A stretch of DNA of 61,023 nt, the filler included. It is 5 parts of 5 records of this genome, joined end to end, with 100 filler letters (N's around TTAATTAATTAA, not from the genome) between each part and the next. Parts side by side here need not be neighbours in the genome. Positions count along the whole stretch, not along the records: positions 1 to 22,362 come from SRR31156797_12762; positions 22,463 to 31,173 come from SRR31156797_12763; 3 more parts are not named here. One strand, 5' to 3'. Every line of letters begins with the position of its first letter. Position 1 is the first letter of the stretch. Position numbers and translations under genes: made by a program. Under the pieces are notes generated by a model that was given only the letters and a program-made list of their open reading frames with translations, was not told the DNA's origin and did no database searches. Shown one piece after another: positions 21,183 through 30,194 of the stretch.

Positions 21183-21196
21183 TGAAACCGGTTACG
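21183..21196. promoter_or_regulatory. LacI-family operator (secondary)
   Basis: TGAAACCGGTTACG, near-copy of the perfect palindrome 75 bp away. Confidence 0.65.
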
Positions 21197-21257
21197 GACT
21201 CGTTAAAAAAATATAAGTAATATTCAGAAGCTTTTCATGAAATGAGGAGTAACGAAT

Positions 21258-21271
21258 CGTAACCGGTTACG
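21258..21271. promoter_or_regulatory. LacI-family operator (primary)
   Basis: Perfect palindrome CGTAACCGGTTACG with central CG, just downstream of the -10 box; adjacent LacI gene. Confidence 0.75.
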
Positions 21272-21283
21272 GTCTATATTGAG

Positions 21284-21312
21284 AGTATACTACAGCATCC
21301 ATAAAATTACAA
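21284..21312 (-). promoter_or_regulatory. SigA promoter of the sugar operon
   Basis: Minus strand TTGTAA-17 nt-TATACT. Confidence 0.65.
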
Positions 21313-21365
21313 GATTTTTTTATTATAATATTACGATATTAGTGAGTTTATGTATTATTTAGCAG

Positions 21366-22361
21366 TTATCTGGATGAATTTCTCTCAATAAGTTTTACTG
21401 GAACCTGTATACGCTTAACTGGTTCATTTATATTCTCAATATGCTTAATTAATTCCTGAACTGCTAAAATCCCCATTCTTTTTATGTTTTGTTTAATTGT
21501 TGTGATTGTAGGATGCATAATTTCACCTATCTCAATTCCGTCAAATCCAACAACTGCAATATCTTCAGGAATTTTATATCCTAAATCCATAATGCATTCC
21601 ATTCCACCTACCGCTGAATAATCATCAGGGAATATTATTGCACTAGGCATTTCCTTTGTTTCATTGAAGTATTTTTTGGTTTTATTATAGGTGTCTGCTC
21701 TGGAATAATAAATTGCTTCTACCAGTTCGTGCTTTCCGCCATCATCAAAGAGCTTGCACGTCTCATTAAAGGCTTTTATCCGTTTCTCAGTAACTCCACA
21801 CATATCCCCATGAAAATAAACAATGTTTCTATGTCCTTCACCTTTAAGATAATATACAACTTTTCGCATACCATCATAGTTATCTGATTCAACAGAGCTG
21901 CTGCTGGCAAACACATGATCTATCGTAACAATTGGTATATCACCTTCAATTAATTCCTTCACCATAGGCTGAGAAAAATCTATACAAACAATAATAATAC
22001 CATCACAATTTCTGTATTGAGCATGTTTTAGATATGTAGTTTCGTGTCCTCCTACATTTTCCCCAATAAATGTAATATCATATCCATTACTTTCTGCTTC
22101 TGCTCTGATGCTCTCTAAAACATTTGCAAACATGTAGTGTGTAAAACCAGAATTCTGAGCGTCAACTGACAAGACACCAATGTTCCATGTTTTGCTTGTA
22201 GATAGTGCCACAGCCTGAGAATTAGGAAAGTAATTCATTTCCGCCGCTGCTTCTTGTATTCTTATTCTTGTTTTTTCACTAACATCTTTTTTATTATTCA
22301 AGGCTCTGGATACAGTAGCTGGAGCATATCCTAGCTTCTTTGCTATATCATATATTGTTAC
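21366..22361 (-). CDS. LacI family transcriptional regulator (5' end cut by the contig edge)
   Basis: Frame stays open upstream of the track ORF, giving the HTH VTIYDIAKKLGYAPATVSRALN; IPEDIAVVGFDG in the effector domain. Confidence 0.93.
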   Translation of the reverse strand, partial: VTIYDIAKKLGYAPATVSRALNNKKDVSEKTRIRIQEAAAEMNYFPNSQAVALSTSKTWNIGVLSVDAQNSGFTHYMFANVLESIRAEAESNGYDITFIGENVGGHETTYLKHAQYRNCDGIIIVCIDFSQPMVKELIEGDIPIVTIDHVFASSSSVESDNYDGMRKVVYYLKGEGHRNIVYFHGDMCGVTEKRIKAFNETCKLFDDGGKHELVEAIYYSRADTYNKTKKYFNETKEMPSAIIFPDDYSAVGGMECIMDLGYKIPEDIAVVGFDGIEIGEIMHPTITTIKQNIKRMGILAVQELIKHIENINEPVKRIQVPVKLIERNSSR

Positions 22362-22362
22362 A

Positions 22363-22462
22363 NNNNNNNNNNNNNNNNNNNNNNNNNNNNNNNNNNNNNN
22401 NNNNNNTTAATTAATTAANNNNNNNNNNNNNNNNNNNNNNNNNNNNNNNNNNNNNNNNNNNN
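22363..22462. other. Artificial contig linker
   Basis: N-run with TTAATTAATTAA (stop codons in all six frames). Confidence 0.98.
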
Positions 22463-22523
22463 CTTTTTCAAAAAAGCAGGGGAATTTAAGTCCGAAAAAA
22501 GTTCAAACAAAGCACTTTTTTGT

Positions 22524-22552
22524 TTGACTCGTTAAAAATATTATCGTATACT
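22524..22552 (+). promoter_or_regulatory. Sigma70 promoter
   Basis: TTGACT-17 nt-TATACT. Confidence 0.65.
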
Positions 22553-22558
22553 TAGTTG

Positions 22559-22676
22559 TCAATTGATATTTATCATATTGAGTGGAACAAGTTAAAACAA
22601 CTTGATTATATATTTCAAGTTCCCTCCTGTGTAGAAAAATGCCGACGCAACCCCAAGCGTCGGCATTTTTCGTTTT
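22559..22676 (+). ncRNA. Candidate small RNA (~115 nt)
   Basis: Lies between a near-consensus promoter and a strong terminator; no + strand ORF; internal hairpins and an anti-SD CCCTCCT. Confidence 0.45.
22634..22676 (+). terminator. Intrinsic (potentially bidirectional) terminator
   Basis: GAAAAATGCCGACGC-8 nt-GCGTCGGCATTTTTC 15-bp perfect stem, then GTTTT. Confidence 0.85.
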
Positions 22677-22730
22677 GCTTACAATTATATTGTGCGTTGA
22701 TTTTTATATAATTAAGTGTTAAAATCACAC

Positions 22731-23432
22731 ATGATAAAAAAACGACTTTTAATACTCATATTTACTTTATTGGCCTCTGTTTCATTTGCTACGTCAGAAA
22801 TATTCTATAATGCAAGTGCAGATGTTAACACAAGATATATTTTCAGGGGATTTACACCTGCCGGAAATCAACCTACTCTGGGACTTAATTTCTCTGCATT
22901 TGTTGCGGACTGGAATACAAATTTTTCTGCCTGGTATGTTAATTCACTATCTGATATCTCCGCTTACCATGAAATAGGTACCATGGCAAGTTATTACCAT
23001 TACTTTACCGATCGCCTTATCGGCTCGGCCGGTATGACCGTATACCTCTTCCCAAATTTACCCGAATCTCCCTTGGCGGGAGTTGAAGCAAGCCTGACTC
23101 TGGCTGATGTCGGCTCCGTCATCCCCTATTTCATTGAAACCTATTTTGATTTTGTTCTGCAAAGCTGGTATACGAAATTTTCAGCGGGGTACACGATAGA
23201 CACTTTCCTCCCCATTAATTTTACAATGACTGCCGGTTTGAATTTATTAAGTTATTCACGATACGGCAATCCGGTTCCAGCCGGTTTCTCGGAATTCAGC
23301 ATGCATTTAAGCACCTTTATTTCTTTAAAAAAATGGCAAATATCCCCGAAATTCTCATGCATTTTCCCAAATAAAGCTATTTATCCAAAAACAATGCTAC
23401 AAGCCAATGTTAATCTTGGCTATAGCTTCTAG
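22731..23432 (+). CDS. Putative outer-membrane beta-barrel protein (TorF/TIGR02001-like)
   Basis: Signal peptide, N-terminal TRYIFRG resembling the SdYvFRG motif, amphipathic strands, C-terminal GYSF. Confidence 0.6.
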   Translation: MIKKRLLILIFTLLASVSFATSEIFYNASADVNTRYIFRGFTPAGNQPTLGLNFSAFVADWNTNFSAWYVNSLSDISAYHEIGTMASYYHYFTDRLIGSAGMTVYLFPNLPESPLAGVEASLTLADVGSVIPYFIETYFDFVLQSWYTKFSAGYTIDTFLPINFTMTAGLNLLSYSRYGNPVPAGFSEFSMHLSTFISLKKWQISPKFSCIFPNKAIYPKTMLQANVNLGYSF

Positions 23433-23446
23433 TAAAGGAGATCTTT

Positions 23447-24133
23447 ATGAAAAGATCGATCATTATTATTATTTTAAGTGCTTTTATTTTCCTATTCGCT
23501 CAAACTGAATCCAATGTTGTTATTTATGAAGAAGGATTTAAAGGTTCCACAACCGCCAGTGGTGAAATATACTCCCCCGACGAAATGACGGCAGCCCACG
23601 AATCTTTACCTTTCGGTACTCAAGTTGAGATCATGAATATTCAAAATGGAAAAAAGGTTACCGTAACTGTCAATGACCGGATCAAAAATGCTCCAAACCT
23701 ATTTTGGATATCTCAAGCGGCAGCAATAGAATTAAATATCACACTCATTGCCCCCCTTGAGGTTCTTTACACCGTGATCGGTGATATACCGGATGCAGAA
23801 CCCACAGAAGTTTATATAAGATTATTCTCATCACTTGGAGAAAACCTGGAAATAACAAGCAGTGATCCTAAAGTCCCTGTATCTACAGGTGAAGAAGTCA
23901 AGGGATATGGTGTTCAGGTTTATGCCGCCAAAAAAAGGATGGATGCGGTTACCTTGTCTAGAAGGATTCAGGAAGAACTCGAATATATCAGCTATTTTGA
24001 GAGATATAAAAGTGAGAATGGACAACAATATCGTGTAATTATTGGAGATTACCTGACGATCGAAGAAGCCCTGGACTGTTATTGGAAAGTAAGATATGAC
24101 ATACCGAATGTATTCTTAGTGGAAGTTTATTGA
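23447..24133 (+). CDS. rlpA: RlpA-like protein (DPBB + SPOR domains)
   Basis: TASGEIY, MTAAHESLPFGT, VTVNDR; C-terminal YGVQV...YRVIIG SPOR-like segment. Confidence 0.8.
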   Translation: MKRSIIIIILSAFIFLFAQTESNVVIYEEGFKGSTTASGEIYSPDEMTAAHESLPFGTQVEIMNIQNGKKVTVTVNDRIKNAPNLFWISQAAAIELNITLIAPLEVLYTVIGDIPDAEPTEVYIRLFSSLGENLEITSSDPKVPVSTGEEVKGYGVQVYAAKKRMDAVTLSRRIQEELEYISYFERYKSENGQQYRVIIGDYLTIEEALDCYWKVRYDIPNVFLVEVY

Positions 24134-24134
24134 T

Positions 24135-25274
24135 ATGACGAAAATCCATTCTCTGCTTAACCCTGACCAACAAAAACGTGCCCGCGAATACGAGATCAAA
24201 AAAAGAAGAACATCTTTTACCAACCTTATCGTTGGCTTTGCCTTGACATTGATCTTTATAATATTTATTTCAAAACCCCTGATCGACATTTTGCCGGAAT
24301 TCCCGGCTTTTCGATTTATCCTTTTTCTATGGGGCCTGGCCTTGTTTTCTTTACCTTTCGATCTGATCTTTTCATATAGGTCCGGCTATCTTATTGAACA
24401 TGAATTCGGTTTCTCCAATCAGAATAAACGACAATTTTTCAAAGATGAGCTAAAAGGTCACATGATCAACCTGCTTATCAATCCACTATTGGCATTAGTG
24501 ATCTTTCTGGCATTCAGAATCTCGCCTGAATTCTGGTGGCTTTGGGCAGCATGCGCCATGATCTTTATTTCAGTGATCTTTGCTACACTTTACCCGGTTG
24601 TGATCATGCCATTGTTCAACAAATACACACCTATTGAAGATGAGGAACTAACAACAAGACTGGGTGCGATCCTTGAAAAAGGTGGATTGAAGATCAAGGG
24701 CTTTTTTCTTCAGGACATGAGCCGTCAAACAAAAAAAGAGAACGCATTTCTTGGCGGTCTAGGTAAAACCCGGCGTGTTGTTTTAAGTGACAATATTATC
24801 AACAATATGTCAATTGACGAACTTGAAACCGTCCTGGCTCATGAAGTTGGGCATTATAAACACAAACATATGTGGAAGAACATCCTGCTTGGAGCCATAT
24901 ATCAACTGATCACGTTTTTTCTATCGCACTTGATCATGATCAGGATCGATCCCTTGTTTTTTAAAACATTGGACAACATGCTATTTGCCTATCCGATCTT
25001 TTTGCTATGTTTTGGCGTGTTGCATATGCTGATCATCGGTCCTATTTCAAATGCAGTTTCAAGAATATTTGAAAAGCAAGCGGATCGTTATGCTTTGGAT
25101 ATGACAAGAAATCCTAAGGCTTTTAATAAGGCAATGTCCGGATTGGCGAATAGAAACCTTTCAAACGCCTACCCTACTCCATTTATTAAGTTCATGTATT
25201 ATTCCCATCCGCCTGTCGGTGAACGCTTAAGCATGGGAGACAGCTGGAATGAGCATCAAGAAAAGCTCTCATGA
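24135..25274 (+). CDS. M48 family (Ste24-like) zinc metalloprotease
   Basis: NAFLGGLGKTRRVVL, LAHEVGH, EKQAD, YSHPP. Confidence 0.92.
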   Translation: MTKIHSLLNPDQQKRAREYEIKKRRTSFTNLIVGFALTLIFIIFISKPLIDILPEFPAFRFILFLWGLALFSLPFDLIFSYRSGYLIEHEFGFSNQNKRQFFKDELKGHMINLLINPLLALVIFLAFRISPEFWWLWAACAMIFISVIFATLYPVVIMPLFNKYTPIEDEELTTRLGAILEKGGLKIKGFFLQDMSRQTKKENAFLGGLGKTRRVVLSDNIINNMSIDELETVLAHEVGHYKHKHMWKNILLGAIYQLITFFLSHLIMIRIDPLFFKTLDNMLFAYPIFLLCFGVLHMLIIGPISNAVSRIFEKQADRYALDMTRNPKAFNKAMSGLANRNLSNAYPTPFIKFMYYSHPPVGERLSMGDSWNEHQEKLS

Positions 25275-25797
25275 GACAATAAAGGGTTCAAGACCTTCGG
25301 AAGTTTCGCTTCTGGAGAGCAAACGTAGAGAAATATATGTTGTTGCGGACAATATCCGTTCTTTGCACAATGTCGGTTCATTATTCAGAACGTCTGAAGC
25401 GGCCGGGATCGAGAAACTCTATCTTGTCGGCATCAGCGGTACACCTCCAAGAAAAGAGATCAGCAAGACTGCCATTGGTGCAGAAAACAATGTACCTTGG
25501 GAATACCATGCGGATATACTTCCTTTACTGAAATATTTCAAGTCTCAGAATATCCCGATCATTGTCCTTGAGCATACTGACAGCTCAAAGAATTTTCAAA
25601 AGATCGACTATTCCTTTCCTGTGTGTTTGATCATAGGAAATGAAGTAGACGGAATATCTGAAGAAGTAATGGATTATGCTGATATTGCAGTAGAAATACC
25701 TATGTTTGGCATGAAGCAATCTCTGAATGTATCCGTTGCTTACGGCATTATGATCTATGAATTGATAAGAAAATTATCAGAAAACGATCTTTCCTAA
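25249..25797 (+). CDS. TrmH/SpoU family RNA methyltransferase
   Basis: DNIRSLHNVGSLFRT, IGNEVDG, IPMFGMKQSLNVSVA SPOUT motifs. Confidence 0.92.
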   Translation: MSIKKSSHETIKGSRPSEVSLLESKRREIYVVADNIRSLHNVGSLFRTSEAAGIEKLYLVGISGTPPRKEISKTAIGAENNVPWEYHADILPLLKYFKSQNIPIIVLEHTDSSKNFQKIDYSFPVCLIIGNEVDGISEEVMDYADIAVEIPMFGMKQSLNVSVAYGIMIYELIRKLSENDLS

Positions 25798-26916
25798 TAC
25801 GCATGGACGAGATGCTCCGGTTACAGTGGGAATATTACCCGGCAATTCTCTTAAGAACAAATAGCCTAAATAAGCAAAACCAAAAGCTTCCTTAATATCT
25901 GAACTAAGCTCAGGCAGATCAAATTTAGAAAACCCGCACTCGGGAAGCTCTTCCTTTAATCTCTCCATAATGAATAAATTGGCGGCACCACCGCCACTGG
26001 CAATGATCTCTACATCTGCTCTTTCATCTTTGGTGGCACGTTTAATATCTTGAGCAATGCTTTGAATGGTAAATTCTGTAAGTGTCCTGATAAATGACAA
26101 CCATTCTGATCTATTTTTTGGGTCTACTTCGTTTTTCAAAGAATGATAATAATCATATCCGAATTGTTCCTGACCTGCGGACTTGGGTACATTCCTGGAT
26201 AAATATTCATTTGCCATTACGGTATCGAACAATTTTTCATTGATCATGCCTGAACGCGCATATAACCCGTCTCTGTCAAAGCTCTCCTTCCCTGCCGTAA
26301 AATCGATCACCGCTTTATCTATCAAGGTATTTGCCGGACCCGTATCCCATGCGACAACTGATTTATTTACTCCACGAGGCGGCAATAAGGTCAAGTTAGC
26401 TATTCCACCCATATTCAGGGCAATGATCACTTTATTCTCATCTCTTAATAAAAACTCATCCAGAACCGGGATCAAGGGTGCTCCCTGTCCACCTAAAATG
26501 ACATCAGCCGTTCTAAAATCATAAATAACCGGCTTGCCGCAATGCTCCAGAATATTCTGAGCTTCACCAATTTGCATAGTATAATCCGGCGGTTGATGTA
26601 GAAGCGTTTGTCCGTGATTGGCTACAACATCAAAATCAATATTCAATCCCGAGATCACGTCACCATACCATTTTCCTAACTTCATAGACAGTTCTGCTAT
26701 ATCAGATGCAGACAGCTCAAGTGGCCGTTTGAATGGTTCGGAGAATTCAGCCGGATAAGGAATAAAATCAGAGAATAATACTTTATACTCAGGGTATTTA
26801 TCCTTGCCTTTGAAATGGACGCAAGCAAGGTCCAAACCATCGGCAGAGGTTCCTGTCATAAGCCCAAGAACCTTAATATCATCTTTAATACTTAATTCGT
26901 AAATGTCTTTTATCAT
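25777..26916 (-). CDS. anmK: Anhydro-N-acetylmuramic acid kinase
   Basis: GLMTGTSADGLD, HGQT, GGQGAPL, NMGGIAN, DTGPAN, KEAFGFA; start at MIKD with a GAGG RBS. Confidence 0.93.
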   Translation of the reverse strand: MIKDIYELSIKDDIKVLGLMTGTSADGLDLACVHFKGKDKYPEYKVLFSDFIPYPAEFSEPFKRPLELSASDIAELSMKLGKWYGDVISGLNIDFDVVANHGQTLLHQPPDYTMQIGEAQNILEHCGKPVIYDFRTADVILGGQGAPLIPVLDEFLLRDENKVIIALNMGGIANLTLLPPRGVNKSVVAWDTGPANTLIDKAVIDFTAGKESFDRDGLYARSGMINEKLFDTVMANEYLSRNVPKSAGQEQFGYDYYHSLKNEVDPKNRSEWLSFIRTLTEFTIQSIAQDIKRATKDERADVEIIASGGGAANLFIMERLKEELPECGFSKFDLPELSSDIKEAFGFAYLGYLFLRELPGNIPTVTGASRPCVLGKIVF

Positions 26917-27008
26917 GTTCACCTCATAACAAGGTGCAAAATACAATAAAATACTTTTTAATAAAATAATTCATTTGTAAAATACTTGATATATCCAAGA
27001 GGTAATAA

Positions 27009-27455
27009 ATGAGTTATATTGAGACCATCCAGGCCGACCTAAAGGCAGCTATGCTGAACAAGGAAAGCGACAAAGTAAAAACACTGCGCATGCTGATATC
27101 GAAACTGCGCGAAAAGAAGATCGCTTTAATGAAAGATCTTGAAGAAAAAGATGAATTGGCGGTTTTGAAAAAAGCAGCCAAAGAACGACAAGATTCAATG
27201 AGCACATTTATAAGTGCCGGAAGAAATGATCTGGCAGATATAGAAAGATCGGAACTCGACCTCATCGCGACTTACCTCCCCCCTGAAATGGACGATGCTG
27301 CTATTGAAGTTATCGTTAAGAGCGTGATCGAAAAGACCGGAGCCTCATCAATGGCTGACATGGGCCGTGTCATGGGTGGATCTATGAAAGAAGTTAACGG
27401 TCAGGCCGACGGTAAACGCGTACAAAACATTGTAAGAAAACTGTTAGGAGCATAA
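27009..27455 (+). CDS. GatB/YqeY domain protein
   Basis: DLKAAM, AGRNDLA, YLP, DMGRVMG, ADGK. Confidence 0.92.
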   Translation: MSYIETIQADLKAAMLNKESDKVKTLRMLISKLREKKIALMKDLEEKDELAVLKKAAKERQDSMSTFISAGRNDLADIERSELDLIATYLPPEMDDAAIEVIVKSVIEKTGASSMADMGRVMGGSMKEVNGQADGKRVQNIVRKLLGA

Positions 27456-27456
27456 T

Positions 27457-28185
27457 ATGTATTGGATTGATATCGTTACGATCCTTGTTGCTATTATTTT
27501 GATCTATAAATCATATCAACAGGGATTGCTCAATTCCGCATTTAGACTTGCAGGGCTCGTTTTGGGAATTATTATCGCAGCAAATCTTGGAGCCTGGGCA
27601 AGTGATATTCTGATCATGCAATTTTCATGGACTCAACAGGTAGCCGATATTGTCGGCTATATCGCGATCTTTGTTATTGTGATCATCATTGCTCAGATCA
27701 TCGGTTATTTCCTTAGAACGATCATCCATGCTATCAAGCTCGGTTGGCTAGATAAACTGGGAGGCTTGATCTTTGGTGTTCTGAAAGCCGCGATCATTAT
27801 GAGCTTGATCTTTTGGTTATTAATGGCTATTCCTTCAGAATCACTGGGAGAAGATATCAAGGAACAATCATTTACTTATAAGCTTTTGGGTGGTTTCGCT
27901 CCCTCGCTTTATGAGAAACTTGTTCAACCGAATCTTAAAGAAGGTGGCATGAAAGATCGATTGGATACCTTAATTTCACCTAATCAGGATTCTTTGAATA
28001 TTTTGGGTGATTTTGAAGAACAGCTGGATGATATAGAAGGAACAGATGACGAATTCGTCGATGAATTAAAAGCTCGATTTGTTGAAATGCCGCTTTCTAA
28101 AAAGATGGAAGTCATGAGTAAATTATCTGAAGAGAGTCCGGATATCCAGGAAATTATTAACATTCTATATTCAGAGACCCCATGA
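27457..28185 (+). CDS. CvpA family membrane protein with acidic C-terminal extension
   Basis: WIDIV start, LGWLDKLGGLIFGVLK motif. Confidence 0.85.
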   Translation: MYWIDIVTILVAIILIYKSYQQGLLNSAFRLAGLVLGIIIAANLGAWASDILIMQFSWTQQVADIVGYIAIFVIVIIIAQIIGYFLRTIIHAIKLGWLDKLGGLIFGVLKAAIIMSLIFWLLMAIPSESLGEDIKEQSFTYKLLGGFAPSLYEKLVQPNLKEGGMKDRLDTLISPNQDSLNILGDFEEQLDDIEGTDDEFVDELKARFVEMPLSKKMEVMSKLSEESPDIQEIINILYSETP

Positions 28186-29153
28186 AAAATAAAAAACTTC
28201 AGCTGATCCTTGCTCTTCTGATCTCTGCAGCCGGACTTTACATTGCTTTCCGCGGACTTGAGTGGAATAATTTTATCAGTGAACTAAGATCCATTAATCT
28301 CTACTGGTACATTGCCGGTATGTTGGGAATGGTTATTATACTTTTCATCCGTGGTGTACGCTGGAGGATCTTTTTATTACCTCTGGGTTCATTTTCGGCA
28401 ATAAAATTATATAAAGGCACAGCAGCCGGTTTCTTTTCGAACTACGTATTGCCCTTTAGGATCGGTGAAGTGGCAAGGGCCTATATAACCGCTCAATTTG
28501 TCGGTAAAAAGGGGGCTGTTCTAATTCCCTCTATCGTTATTGAAAGAATGATAGACGGGATCTCTTTTATTCTATTTGTCGTTCTATTTTCTCTTTTCAT
28601 AGACCTTCCTTTATCGGACAAACAGATCTTGATCGTCAGGGTATTATTATTGGTCGTATTGTTTATCTTTATTGCAGCGATCTATATTTACTATCGCATG
28701 CGAAACAAGATCACTGTTTTCCTGGAAAATAAAGAAGGTAAAATTGCCGCATTTTTTAAAGATCTGCATCATGGTATGCTGGCTCTTTTTAAAGTACGTC
28801 ATCCTTTGCAGATCATTATTTATAGTTTCTCCATTTGGTTTATAACCGGATTGACCTATTGGGCGGGTATTAAAGCCTGTCACCTTGATCTGGGTTTTAT
28901 TGAAGCCTTTATATTGATGATAACCGCCATGATAGCTATTGCCATCCCTGCGGCACCCGGTTATGTGGGCACATTCCATGCGGCAATGGTCGCAGCACTT
29001 GTAGCCTTGAATATTGATAAAAATGCCGCTGCCTCCTATGCCCTGTTACAGCATTTCATTGGTATGATCCCTATTTGCATTCTTGGATTTATTCATTTTC
29101 TGGAAGCGAATGTATCTTTTAAAGACATTAAAAAAATGCAAGTTGAGGAATAA
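28182..29153 (+). CDS. Lysylphosphatidylglycerol synthase TM/flippase-like (UPF0104) protein
   Basis: RW, NYVLPFRIGEVAR, ERMID, IPAAPGYVGTFH. Confidence 0.88.
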   Translation: MKNKKLQLILALLISAAGLYIAFRGLEWNNFISELRSINLYWYIAGMLGMVIILFIRGVRWRIFLLPLGSFSAIKLYKGTAAGFFSNYVLPFRIGEVARAYITAQFVGKKGAVLIPSIVIERMIDGISFILFVVLFSLFIDLPLSDKQILIVRVLLLVVLFIFIAAIYIYYRMRNKITVFLENKEGKIAAFFKDLHHGMLALFKVRHPLQIIIYSFSIWFITGLTYWAGIKACHLDLGFIEAFILMITAMIAIAIPAAPGYVGTFHAAMVAALVALNIDKNAAASYALLQHFIGMIPICILGFIHFLEANVSFKDIKKMQVEE

Positions 29154-29201
29154 AAGATTTTCGCAAAACGAATCATTTTGCGATAATATCACACAATAAT
29201 T

Positions 29202-29229
29202 GTAGAGTCAGGCCATGGCCTGACTCTAT
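29202..29229. repeat. REP-like palindrome (GTAG type), may also serve as terminator between convergent genes
   Basis: GTAGAGTCAGGCCATGGCCTGACTCTAT; 26-bp perfect palindrome. Confidence 0.6.
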
Positions 29230-29267
29230 TGTTTTTTATGGTATAATCTGATAGTTTTGCTTAATGA

Positions 29268-30044
29268 TTATTTTTTCTGATCGAACATCCATTCTAGAAA
29301 TGCCGGATCAGCATAGGCAGGTTTCCATGATCCGTGACCAACCTCAGGATATTCAGTATATTTGATCTTTGTTCCACCGGCCTCTTTAATGGCATTCACC
29401 ATATGGCGCGAACGTTCGGGAGGAACGACCGTATCATCGGCCCCATGAAATACCCAAATTGGCATATTGATAAGCTTTGCTGCCTGATGTTCATCTCCAC
29501 CTCCGCAAACAGGTGCTGCAGCAGCAATTCTTTCAGGTATGCGTGAGATCAGGTCCCAGGTTCCGTAACCACCCATGGATAAGCCCGTCACATAGATCCT
29601 TCTTTCGTTGATGGGATATTCATCTATAACCTGTTCGATCAATTCCATAACCAAGGTCATGGTCTCAGAAGGCTCATTCGGCATGTCATGGGTCGGAAGT
29701 GCCCAATGCTTTTCAAGCCAACGTTTTTCTTTTGGACATTGCGGAGCTACAACGTAGCAGGGATAATCTTTTAAACTTTCCTCGCGAATGAAAGCTCCCG
29801 CTCCCCAGATCAATTGACGTTCATTGTCATTGCCTCGCTCACCCGAACCGTGCAGAAAAATGACAAGAGGATATTTTTTAAGAAAACATTTCTTTTGGGG
29901 TTCAAGCATTCTGTATAGAAGTGTATCATCATCTTGATTGATATAGGTCTTAGCATCAAAAAGCGCAAGTGCTTCGGGTGATGCTTCAATGGCAAAGCTA
30001 AATACAATAAGTATGCTCAGGATGAGTACGCGTAAAGTTTTCAT
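29268..30044 (-). CDS. Secreted alpha/beta hydrolase (esterase/phospholipase-like)
   Basis: Signal peptide, FLHGSGERG, GLSMGG nucleophile, HGADD, GHGSW. Confidence 0.88.
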   Translation of the reverse strand: MKTLRVLILSILIVFSFAIEASPEALALFDAKTYINQDDDTLLYRMLEPQKKCFLKKYPLVIFLHGSGERGNDNERQLIWGAGAFIREESLKDYPCYVVAPQCPKEKRWLEKHWALPTHDMPNEPSETMTLVMELIEQVIDEYPINERRIYVTGLSMGGYGTWDLISRIPERIAAAAPVCGGGDEHQAAKLINMPIWVFHGADDTVVPPERSRHMVNAIKEAGGTKIKYTEYPEVGHGSWKPAYADPAFLEWMFDQKK

Positions 30045-30194
30045 AATATCTCCTTAACTGATTCAGGCATTATTTACGAAATATTTTTAATTAATTCTAT
30101 TATTTTTACTCTCTTTTTGCTTTTTAGTTTTGCATCTCATTTTAATTGAATGTAATTTCACATGTCACTAAAACTAAACAGAAGGGTTTGTGGA

